DNA of 64,000 nucleotides from Octopus bimaculoides (Eukaryota): positions 99,519,333-99,583,332 of the forward strand of contig NC_068984.1 of assembly GCF_001194135.2 (NCBI RefSeq), in the 5' to 3' direction. The notes beneath the pieces were generated by a model. It did not search any database, was not told the origin of the DNA, and saw only the letters and a list, made by a program, of their open reading frames with translations. This document shows positions 38,445 to 49,690 of the stretch, piece after piece. Made by a program: the position numbers and the translations under genes. How positions within the stretch are numbered: the first letter of the stretch is position 1; every line of letters begins with the position of its first letter.

Positions 38445-38733
38445 CAATAGCCACAGGCTGACTAAATCCTTGTGAGTGGATTTGGTAGACAGAAACTCAA
38501 AGAAGGCTGCCATATATGTGTGTGTGTGTGTTTGGCCCCCACCACCACTGACAATCAGTGTTGGTGTGTTTATATCCCTGTAACTTAGCAGTTCAGCAAA
38601 AGCGACAGATAGTTTAAGTACCAGGCTTAAAAAAACATAAGTACTGAGGTCGATTCATTTGAGTAAAAGTTTTCAAGGCATTGCCCCAAGATGGCTGTAG
38701 TCTAATGACTAAAACAAGTAAAAGATAAAAGAT
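38445..38733 (+). mobile_element. SINE family B, 5'-truncated
   Basis: Body and tail match family B. Confidence 0.8.
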
Positions 38734-39972
38734 GCATTATGTACAATATTTGGGACATACACATTACATTCTATGTTTTCTATAGAAAATACACATTACT
38801 TATTTATTTTCTGCTGGTCATGTAATGCCTCAGAATTTTCCCCATGCCAACATGAGGAAATGGATGTAAAAATGATGATGATATTAATGAACATGTATAT
38901 CACTTGCTATTTTTTTTATTAGACATTAACATTGGTTGACACCAGTGCCTAAATGGCCACTGTGATTCTCTATATTGTTGACAAGAGATTCAGTTGTCAT
39001 GCTGCTTCTAGACATCTGTCACTGAGGAACCTATAGGAAGGTAAAAGCGCATGATCTAGCAGTTCCAGCATCCATAGCAGATGGTTCTTGTCTGTTGACA
39101 ATATAATTATGACTGCTTTTATGCACCTTGATTTCTTATGAGAGGTCCTCTCAAAATAAATAATACAGTATTTTGCGTTCTAACACAACCTCCACACGAA
39201 GTTGGAGATCAAGATTACCCTTTGGCGATAATACTACTTCTGTTATTATTTATTATTTAATAATATCTGTGTATATATAAAAGGCAGGATGTGTGTACAT
39301 GAATGTAATTTATGCATGTCCACAAATTAGCATGCATGTTGCTTCAATTTTAGGAGGACATTCATCATGACCCTAGCTGTATTTTCAACCAAACCTTTTA
39401 ACAATTTTCAAGTCGGAGCAATCCACCATTGTTTGAAAACATGAGTTAAGTCTCCTTCTAACGACGCGTAAGTTTTTGTTAAGGCTTTTGTTTTTGTTTT
39501 TTTTCCATCGAGGAAAAAGTGTTTTGTCAATATACGGGTAACACACACACGAACATGTTTGTGTACAAAAAACATGTATGCAATAGGTGTACGTATGTAC
39601 ATGTGTGTATGTGTGTGTTACCCATATATATAGANNNNNNNNNNTTAAGACTTAGTTGTGATCTGAACATAACCGCTTCTGACACAGAGGATCAGGAGCC
39701 CATTTGGGCATTCTATTTTCCTTGCTGGAAGGGTTCCCAACCTATGGGCAAAGGGGGCTTAGATGATGGGGATGATGTTTTCAAAGGGCTGGCATGATCA
39801 CCTCTGCCAATCAAACTCCCAACCCATGCGCTCCCATCATGACATTGATTCTACAGAACTGTGATGGGTGTGAAAACCAACTTTAAAGTATAAATATACA
39901 TGTTATTGAATCAGCAATGTTGTGTTCTGTTAAGTCCTATTTGGGGTGAAAGTTAAACTGATTTCTTATGGG

Positions 39973-40059
39973 GTGCCATTGTTATCAAGTTTATTTTTTG
40001 AACCTGTGGAAGACACACGAGATGTCGAAATATCGTTCACTTGACAACAATGGCACTCT
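39973..40059 (+). ncRNA. Type I hammerhead ribozyme fold with one core substitution and extended stem I
   Basis: TGAAC-CTGTGGA-A-GACA CACGAGA TGTC-GAAA-T AT C-GTTCA (39999-40039) enclosed by the inverted repeat GTGCCATTGTTATCAAG / CTTGACAACAATGGCAC. Confidence 0.75.
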
Positions 40060-40090
40060 TATATTCTTGCTAATAACAATAACAATAATA

Positions 40091-40129
<39 letters not shown>

Positions 40130-40139
40130 TAATTATTAT

Positions 40140-40735
40140 TTACTTTTAATCTGCATGTTTGTTACAATTACTCACCAGCATCTTAGAGTGAGTGAAGGAT
40201 AAGAGATGTTACAGTATGACTGAAACTTGGGGAGGGGTAGTGGCTGGGGCAGTAGCAAAATATCTTAATGTAATACAACACGTAAGGATGCAGGCAATAC
40301 TTGTAAGCACAATCTTTTGGATTTCTCTGATATTATCTGGGATATTATCTAGATGTTTCTGACATCCCTTTCTTATCATACCAAGGGCACCTACTATAAC
40401 AGGAACAGTTTGCACTTTAAGATGCCACATCTTTTGTATTTCAGTTTCCTGGTCCTTATATTTACTTAATTTGTCAAATTCCTTTACAGATATATTTTTA
40501 TCAGTGGAAACACTTACATCTATTAGTCTACAAGTATTTTCTTCTTTGTCTTTAATGACTACGTCTAGTCGATTAACTTGGATTGTTCTGTTGGTGTTGA
40601 CTGGAAAATCCCAGAGGATAGCGACATTTTTACCTTCAATGACTGGCTCAGGATGCGCTGATCTTATAGTGTTTACATATTTTCCAATGTAAATACTGTC
40701 CTACTCTATTGTAGTGATTTTTTATTCGTTTGGTG
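40140..40735 (-). mobile_element. R4/Dong-type LINE 3' fragment (RLE domain)
   Basis: HYNRVGQYLHWKICKHY, ILWDFPV..NRLDVVIKDK..LIDVS, VPVIVGALGMI; 5' truncation abuts (TAA)n. Confidence 0.9.
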
Positions 40736-40758
40736 TTATTATTATTATTATTATTATT

Positions 40759-41220
40759 GAGTGAGAGGGCAGTGCATGTCATCAAAGTGACACTGGGGTA
40801 AAATATACGAAGCCCATTATACCCATCATGACTACCTGTCTGATAAAGATACACCAGGCACATGCATCACAATCATATGTGTGCGGCATGGTGATTTCAT
40901 ATCAAGGTTAACAGTGTATGACTTTGCAGGTGGGGCCCAGTTAGAATTTTCTTCAGGTTGAGTGGCCTATCCCACTCAAAACCCTGAATAAGGGTTGTTT
41001 AAGGATGTTGAATGAAACACCCTGTTTCCAGAAGTGAATTATCCAGACCCTAAAAAATTCCTCTTAACACATGGCTACGATGCTCCCCAACTACTTCTGT
41101 TCATGGTCAGAGATGCACATATCGTCAGCCACTAAGGGACATGCTCAACTTATGGTCAAATAACTGACCAGCAAATCTGTGGTACTGAACAGAATATTTG
41201 CTGTAGCCCATCTTTTATAC
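40759..41220. mobile_element. Unclassified ~460-bp structured non-coding element embedded in a (TTA)n array
   Basis: (TTA)n directly on both sides; no tRNA head, TIR or ORF seen; several stem-loops. Confidence 0.5.
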
Positions 41221-41257
<37 letters not shown>

Positions 41258-41259
41258 TA

Positions 41260-42000
41260 ATCAATGAACAATATAAGGTATAGTATATACAAATAAAAGT
41301 ATCAAGAAAGGAATATTATAGATAGATTAGATTTAAAGAGCTAAATGTAATAAAAAAATATAATAGGTATCAATACTTTAGCTGTTCTAGTTATAAGTTA
41401 CAGCTATAATATTCTTAAGTGGACACTTAATGAACTAGCAAGACTAGACAGGAAAGCAAGGAAAATAATGTCTGCAATTAGAGTACACCACTCAAACTCT
41501 GGCATAGAAAGACTATATATACCACAAATAGAAGGTGAGAGAGGCCTTATACAACTAGAAAACTACTACAAAATATCTACTATAGGACTACAAAAATATC
41601 TAATTCAGAATCAAGAAAAATTGATAAAAATAGCTTCATATCATGAACAAGCAAAAGCCACAATAACTTATAGAGATAAAGCAAACAGTAAAGTTAGATC
41701 TAAACTAAAATTGAAACTACAGAATGTTGTGATAAAACAATGACAAGAAAAGCTCCAGCATAACAAATAGTAGAATAAGCTGAATGAAATAGAAATAGGA
41801 CAAGAGGAAAATCCCAACAATGGCTGAGTAGCATGAGGCTCAGAGCAAAGACTGAAGGGGTTCTTAATTGTGGTACAAATCATTGAATGCTTGAATATGT
41901 TTGGGATTGCAAAGAATGTCAAGAGCATTTTGATAAAAAGTAGGGAAAGCTGGAAGATCAAGCTCACATCATATGGACAGAAGAATCTAGGAATATAAAG
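41260..42000 (+). mobile_element. R4/Dong-type LINE RT-thumb fragment
   Basis: INTLAVLVISYS..KWTLNELARLDRKARKIM..HHSNSGIERLYIPQIEGERGLIQLE. Confidence 0.85.
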
Positions 42001-42164
42001 AATCTAGAGATGGATTTTCTAAGTGACAGTATGTCTCTATTATTAATTACTTTATAATAATGATGGACTTTCCTGTCGAAGATGACATATGTATGTTCAG
42101 CTTTTGTCAAATGACCTGCGCAACTTATTTGTTTATAGCGATCAAATTTATGTACTGTACATTA

Positions 42165-42358
42165 ACTCACTCCCTCCATCAAATCAACTTTGCCTGAACA
42201 GGTGCACGGTATACTATGCATCAAGTGTCTAAGTGATTGTAGAGCGATGTGAGGTGAAGTTTTTTGCTCAAGAACACAATGCACCACCTGGTCTAGGAAT
42301 TGAAACCATAATCTCATGATCATAAGTACAACACCCTAACCACTAGGCCATGCATCCT
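42165..42358 (-). mobile_element. SINE with family-A-type tRNA head
   Basis: Minus strand reads GGATGCATGGCCTAGTGGTTAGGG...GGTTTCAATTCC. Confidence 0.7.
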
Positions 42359-42361
42359 AGT

Positions 42362-42366
42362 TTATT

Positions 42367-42439
<73 letters not shown>

Positions 42440-42818
42440 TTGATAATAATAATAACCACAACAATTATTATTGTTGTTGTTATTAAAGCAGCAAGCTGAC
42501 AAAATTGTTAGCACATCAGGCAAAATGCTTAGCAGCATTTCATCCATCTTCATGTTTACAATTCAAATTCAGTCAAGGTCGACCTTGCCTTTCATCCCTT
42601 CAGGGTCATTAAATTAAGTACCAGTTCAATTCTGGGCTTGATGCAACCAACTTACTCTCTACCCTGAAATTGCAGGCCTTGTGCCAAAATTTGAAATAAT
42701 TTTTTTTTTTTAAACTCATTTTGTTGGAACTCCTGGAGTCTTGCATGTGTAGCAGGCTCGCTACATATGGTACCATGTCATTTGTGTTTTCGACTTTCTA
42801 ATACTTCCTTGAAAAAAA

Positions 42819-42851
<33 letters not shown>

Positions 42852-42910
42852 CATCATCATTATTATTATTATCATCATCATTATTATTATTATAAGAAAT
42901 CATTATTATT
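42362..42910. repeat. (TAA)n and (TTA/TCA)n microsatellites flanking a SINE C (42487-42697, +)
   Basis: Direct reading. Confidence 0.85.
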
Positions 42911-43509
42911 GTTGTTGTTGATAGTTTTAACAGGTAAAAGGCCAGAAATATGGGGTAAGGAGTTTATACTGGCCCCGATGCTATACTTTTACTTTATTTC
43001 ATTGACCCCTGAAAAATGAATGGCTGACCATGTCAGATTTTGAAATCAGAGTGCAGAAAGACACCACTAATTGTCTCTATGCACTAATGATTCCACCAAA
43101 CCACTATCATTGTATGACCTACCGCATAGCTGTCAGGGCTCTCTTCAGTTTCCCTAACATGAGTACATGAAAGACCAGTTGTTTTTTATTTTCTTTTTCA
43201 AAAAAACAAGTACATCGCTTGTCCTTTCTTATGTAAATTTCTCAGTTAAAGAGTTACTCCCTTTTGTGATGTACCTTTTCCACTCCTTTACTTTTACTTA
43301 GAGTTGCCTCATGTCCAGAACCTCTCTTTTTTGGCTCACAACACAAGCAAAAGTTTAGTTGTCATTTGTTATTGGTGGTGTTTTTGTTATGCTTTCACTA
43401 CCATTTCTACTTTTGTGCTGCTCAAATCATAGATATTTGTATTCAGAACCGCGTCTGCTTATTTGTCATTTTTTATAATTTTAATTAGCTAATTAGCCTC
43501 TGGGGAATT

Positions 43510-43790
43510 ATTTAATTAGCCTCTGGGGAAGTGGAAGACCTGGATGCAGTAGCTTGTGCAAGGCTTGGTGTGGACACAATATCAGTGATGAGAAGAGAAG
43601 AGATAATTGAGCTTCTACCTTTGGTGATAACAAAGGGTCTCTCTCTCAGAATGAAAGTCAAATTGTATGACTTCATCATGTAATAATACTTTCAGGGTAT
43701 AATAAATTACATCAACGCTTCAACATTGAAGAGTTGAAGCATTGGTGTAACCATGATGTTCTGGTGATCTGTTGAGCTAGCAGTCTTCAT
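43510..43790 (+). mobile_element. Old RTE LINE fragment, with an 18-bp direct duplication (TAATTAGCCTCTGGGGAA) at its 5' edge
   Basis: IELLPLVITKGLSLRMKVKLYD. Confidence 0.65.
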
Positions 43791-44667
43791 CTGCACTTAT
43801 TTGTATAATACATAGCATGCATATTAGTGGAGACATGTAAAATAATTATTATATGCTGAAATTATTATTACATAATCAGGGCTCTAAAATGATCATAATC
43901 CTAAGAATATCAAGCAGTTAAATAAATATATTCACCTCTCATACTTCCTGATTTTTTATGGCTTATATATTCCTCATGAAATAATTTCATTGATCAGATG
44001 TTCTGAATTTCAGCTGTATAGAACTCTGCATTATACTCCTCCATGTCAGATTACTATGTGGTCTACTAGCCAGGTCCACTAGAGGAGCTTTCTGTGAAAG
44101 CCACATGACTACTTAATATGTGTCTTTCCTTTGCTAATATGATAGGATATGATTGGAAAAAAATGTGTTTGATGTTTCTATCAGCCTGTTATAGGATGTG
44201 ATTTGTGAGTGAATTATTATTATTTCTTACAGGTCAACAAACATGTGGTTTGAGTGAGGTTTGGCTGCTATATCTAGCAAATCAAAGCTGGTTGTAATAT
44301 GAGGGAAAATTAGTTGTAATTTCCAGCTGTCCAAGTGGCAACATAAAGGTTCTCTTTTATTTGTGTGTGTGTATATGTCTTTGTGTGTGTGTATGTGTCT
44401 ATGTTTTTGCATTTTATGTTTGTGCATTTGTTGCTATTTGTGTATATGCTTATATGTGTGTGTATTTTTGCTGATGTATTTTTGTGAGTTTGCATGTCTA
44501 TGTATGTGGATGAGTGTGTTTGTGTGTATGTATGTGGATGTATGTATGAATATATGTGCTTTCATGTGTGTGAATGTATGTATAAGTATGTAAATGTGTG
44601 TTTATATATATGCATGTGTGTGCGTGTTCTGGTTAACACCAAGTCAAACCTGATAGAGCAGACATAG

Positions 44668-45010
44668 TTATCATCATCATCATTTAACGTCTGTTTTCCA
44701 TACTGGCATGGGCTAACAGGAGCTGGCCTGCTGGAAAGTTATCTGGACTCCATTCGTCTGTCAGCTTTGACATGGTTTCTATGGTTAGATGCCCTTCCTA
44801 ATGCCAACCACATTACAGAATGTAATGGGTGCTTTAACGTGGTACTGGTATGGGCTCTTTTATACGGCACCAGCACAGGCACTTGTATGTGGCACCAGCA
44901 TGGGTGCCTTTACATGGCACTGGCATGGGTGCTTTTATGTGACACTGACACAGGCATTTTTACATGGCATCAGCATGGGTGCTTTTATATAGTACCAGCA
45001 CCCATGAGCC
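44668..45010 (-). mobile_element. RTE-type 3' tail with 25-bp minisatellite (about 6 units, 44841-45000)
   Basis: (CAT)n + TTAACGTCTGTTTTCCATACTGGCATGGG tail; units like GGCACCAGCATGGGTGCCTTTACAT. Confidence 0.8.
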
Positions 45011-45904
45011 AAGTATTCTAATCATTCTGGTATTAGAATACCAAATATTCTAATCATTCTGTCTCTTCAACAACATTACATCATGTGTCCTTTCTCCTCT
45101 CAGATGTGGTTTGAGGAAGATTTGGTTGCTATCTCCAGTATATCAAGCAACCATATCGAAGTTCATAGTTGTTGTTGTTCAACCCTAGATCAACCCTAAT
45201 GGAGCAAACTCAGGATCAATGGCATTCTAGTCATGACGATCCTATCTTTTAACAGACACACTATATGAAGGATTCTCTATATTGCATCCCTTCATTTTCA
45301 AGAAAGTAGGATGCAGTTTCAATGGAGTATTGGCTATTACTTCCTGCAGGTCAAGTAGCCATGCAGAGGAGCCCTTGACAGAGTTGTTATTTTTTTTATT
45401 CTTTAGCCCTAGGTCAAGCCTGATACAACAAACAAGCTTTCTGACCATGACTACTCTGTCCGTAGTATTTCAGACTACATAATACAATGCATGCTTTTTC
45501 TCTCTTTTAAGACATGAATGCTTGATTTGAAGGAAATTGACTGTTGTTTCTTGCAGGTCAAGAAACAACGTAGAGATTTCTATGTTGACTTCTTGTTTTT
45601 GTTTTTCTACTCAAACAATGCCAGGCAGATATTTTGTTTCACATATTATGTGCGATGTCCAGTTAAAAGGAATGTATATCATTCATCTATGTGTTAAACC
45701 AATAGTTTTGACAAGGCTTTGTCACTTTCAAACATTATACAAAGTGTTTAAAAGAAACATAATTTTCTTAATGGGCTGAAGACACAAGAAACTTGTTTAC
45801 TTTTGATGTATTTTGAATAAATTTATATATATTATCACAATAAATCTTAATTTATTGATATATTTGTATGTGCCTGTGTGTGCATAAATACATATAGCAA
45901 TATT

Positions 45905-45986
45905 TCTCTTTCTATCTGTCTACCTACCTACCTACCTACCTACCTACCTACCTACCTATCTATCTATCTATCTATCTGCCTACCAG

Positions 45987-46053
<67 letters not shown>

Positions 46054-47520
46054 TGCATCTGATAGTCTGGTCAATACACACACGCAGTCTGAGCTATGGC
46101 AAAAAACATATATATCTGATATATTATAAAATTCACTGTGTGTTTCCTCTGCATAGCCACACTGCCAGATCAATCTGTATCAAATTTGGTATGAAGGTTT
46201 TTCATTACTTGGGGATGGTTCTAGGGTTATCAGATTTTGGCCCTTGCCAACTATACGACCCTTCCAATTTATTTTTTTAGTGGTATAATACCAAATTTGG
46301 CAGGAAGGTTTTTCATTACTTGGGGAAGGTTCTAGGTCAAATTTTGGCCCTTGCCCATGTAGGGGGCAGTAGCACCCCTACCACCACCATACGACCCTTC
46401 TGATATTTTTTTCAGTGGTATTATATTGTTTCACTTTTATTCATTCACTTTTGACTTCTAATTTTTTTTTCAGCTGTATAGTATTGTTTCACTTTTATTC
46501 TTTCACTTTTCATAAGACTACAATATTGTTTATACTACATACATACAACTGCTTACAAAAATAGGGATTAATGTATGATTTTTTCTATGTTCATAATTTT
46601 TTGTTTACAGTATTGAAAAGCAGTGAGCTGGCAGAATCATTAGCATGCTGGGCGAAATTCTTAGCAGTATTTTGTCTGCCGCTACATTCTGAGTTCAAAT
46701 TCCATCAAGGTTGACTTTGCCTTTCATCCTTTCGGGGTTGATTAAATAAGTACCAGTTATGCATTGGGTTTGATGTAATTACTTAATCCCTTTGTCTGTC
46801 CTTGTTTGTCCCCTCTATGTTTAGCCCCTTGTGGGCAATAAAGAAATAAATATTGAAAGATGCCACCAAAGAAAAGATGTAATTTCTCCAGAAACAACTA
46901 TAAAGCAAGGCTGATTGTAGAAAACCGAAGGCGAGAATCTCAAGAGAGAAAGGAGATGAAACTTTCTCAACGTCAGCAAATGCATACTGCAGCACGTCAA
47001 ATGGAGTCTCAAGAGAGAAGGGAGATGAGACTTTCCCAAGATCAGCAAATGCATGCTGCAGCATGTCAAATAGAATCTCAAGACAAGTGAGATGACACTT
47101 TCTTAAGATCAGCAAACGCATGTCAGATGGAGTCTGAATAGAGAAGGGAGATGAGACTTTCTCAAATTTTCCACATGAAACTTATGGCATGTGCTACTCA
47201 TGTGGTAAGTTAAGATTGCTAGCACTACCAGCTCCTCCTCAACCACTTATAGATTTTCTGGAAGGCACTTCCATGCAGTCAAAGGATTTTCTGAACAATA
47301 TCAGACAATACAACTCTGCATTTCAAATGACATCGTTTGATGCATCTAAGGAGATAGTTGAACATGGATTTACACCAATGTTCAAAGTTCAAGGGCAAGT
47401 CCATCACCTCATTGCTTCCCTGTTACCCACAAATGAACAACCACACTTCCTCCATATTTACTCTGTGAGTGATGTTGGATAACAAACATGAAGGAGGTGT
47501 CAAAACTTCAGATGATGGGT
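45905..47520 (+). mobile_element. Helitron 5' fragment (RepHel N-terminal region) with inserted SINE C (46619-46850)
   Basis: 5' (TCTA)/(CT)/(TA) microsatellites, subterminal tandem repeats, MPPKKR start at 46860, 69-bp (23-aa) repeats at 46935-47165, then CYSCGKLRL..PPQPL..FLNNIRQYNSAFQMTSF..FKVQGQVHHLIASLLP; SINE TSD TATTGAAA at 46611-46618 and 46851-46858. Confidence 0.85.
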
Positions 47521-47789
47521 CGTGTTAGATGCAGCACAGACTGCTGCAAAGGAGAGTATATCCACTGACAGCTCTTGTGTGTGTTCAAAAATCATATACG
47601 CCCATCCCCAATTTTCATGACAGGTTAGGGCATAGAATACTCCAAACAGAGGTGTGACGTGTTGTTTAGTCAAATTAGCCCATCATTTACTCCACAAATG
47701 TTTTGTCATCAATGCTGTACTTTCCCGTTTCAACATAACTGTTATATATATATAAACTATGCCATTTTAATCCCAAGCANNNNNNNNNN

Positions 47790-47838
<49 letters not shown>

Positions 47839-48190
47839 TAAACAAATAACGGATTAGTTTAGTTGGTTAGATATTTAACCAATTAGCTGACAATAAAGAA
47901 GTGATATTAAACCAGTGCATGTGTTTAATAGAGTAATGACTTTCCCAATGCTCAAGAATCGTTTTTTCATACAAATTCACCTCAAGAATCTTGCAAACCA
48001 AATGCAGAAGCAATATGTAGAAGTGTGTGAGTATGTATGTGTGTATATGTATATATTTATGCGTGTGTGTGTGTATATTTATATATGTGTGTACATATAT
48101 ATATATGTATATATATTTACACACACGCAAACACAGATATTTTTTCTCTTTCTTCTGCCTTTGAATTCTTTCTCTATGCTTTTTATATTC

Positions 48191-48222
48191 TCTTTGACAA
48201 AGGTATCTCCTGAAACGTCAGA
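48191..48222 (+). ncRNA. Decayed minimal hammerhead motif (probable Penelope terminal relic)
   Basis: TCT-TTGACAA-AGG TATCT CCT-GAAA-C GT C-AGA: stems and GUC triplet intact, core differs from CUGANGA at two positions. Confidence 0.45.
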
Positions 48223-48959
48223 TTCTCTTCTGTTTCTTCCTTGAGTATATTCAGCTTCATTGTAACACTTTTTCCTTTGTGTTTTTTTTTTGTATGTTTT
48301 CATTTTATATATCAACACTTTTCAACCATGTGCTTTCACCTGTCTGTCTCACAGTATTTTTGCTTCTTTGTTTTCTCTTTGTCTCAGATTTGATGCATGA
48401 TATTTGTGCAAGTCTTAACAATGTGTGTGTGTCTGTGTGTGTTGATGTTATAAAGATTCATAAACTTTCAAGAGAACAAGAAATAATTATCTTTGAAATA
48501 GGTTCTTGAAGTACACATAAAGCTATAAATAATGGTTTCAAATTTTGGCACAAGGCTGGCAATTTTAGAGGTGGTGTTCAATTTTAGAGGTGGTGTTCAA
48601 GCGGTACTTATTGATATGATAATGATGGAGTACAGTACAGGGGAGAGAAGGCACAGAAAAAAAAGGTGATTGATGGAGACAGTAGTCAGGGAAAGACAAT
48701 GAGAAATGGAAGGGTTTGAAGTGGGAGATGCTACTCACAGTATTTTGTAGTGAAGAAAGTTTCTCGCTGTAGACAAATAGGTATAAATACAGTGAGTCAG
48801 CTCACAACAACCCCTAACCAGACCGTGGGATGCATTTCAGAGTGGTTATCTCCTCTGCAGTTACAGAGATTGGAAAGACAGAGACTGTGAACTGACATTA
48901 GAGACAGGTTCCTCTTAGGATATTCCCACAGTTTGGTTATGGAGGTCTGTGGGATGACT

Positions 48960-49580
48960 CAAAAACACCAATCTTAAGAATTCTGAAAGTGAACACTACC
49001 TGGGTATTATTGTCAACTGCAATTTGTGCTGGACAAACCACATCTCTAAAATTGTCAAGAAGGCTGAGGGTATCTTAGTACCACTCAGTATGACCTTTGT
49101 CAGCCACTCTCCAGCTATCTATTTAAAGCTGTATATGGTTTTTGTATATCCACACTTAGAGTTTACATCACAAGTCTGGAACCTCTATCTTGCTAAGCAT
49201 AACAATCACTTAGAAACTATTCAGAAACATTCAACCAGACAAATACCTGTCATCCAAACATTTTGCTTCTCTTGGCATAAACGCATTAAAGCTTCAACAT
49301 CTGGCAACTGACTTCGTAGAGACTCACAAAATTATCCACCATCTTTCCAACAACAACCTTGGGCACCTTTTTGAATTCCGTATGTCTAACACCCATGGAC
49401 ATGCTTAGAAAATCAAAAACACAACAGAGAACCCATGGCTCTCAGAAATATTTTTTTATGTTCAACATTTCTGAAGCATGGAATAAAATACCTGCATCAG
49501 TTGTTGGCTGTAGGACACTATATTCTTCAAAACTTCTATGCTTCCCGAAATTTGCCAACATTACAGCTGATCCTCCATCT

Positions 49581-49612
<32 letters not shown>

Positions 49613-49690
49613 AAGCGACTCACTTCCTGTACATTATTCTACATATTGTTCGTGCACCTGAGCACTGTATACAATAAAGTCATTATTTAT
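48960..49690 (+). mobile_element. CR1-clade LINE 3' fragment
   Basis: YLGIIVNCNLCWTNHISKIVKKA..LKLYMVFVYPHLEFTSQVW..LETIQKHSTRQIP; 3' end with AATAAA. Confidence 0.85.

Larger units (their letters stand above)
8258..47789. other. Assembly gaps (N runs) at 8258-8585, 11317-12045, 27740-28226, 31917-31945, 39635-39644, 47780-47789; only those intervals are meant
   Basis: Direct reading; most abut dinucleotide microsatellites. Confidence 1.

Noticed and set aside
39361-39540. CpG-richer patch with donor-like GC|GTAAGT as possible internal promoter exon
   Set aside because: No suitable ORF; context (TA-rich start, adjacent gap) fits a non-autonomous TE fragment better
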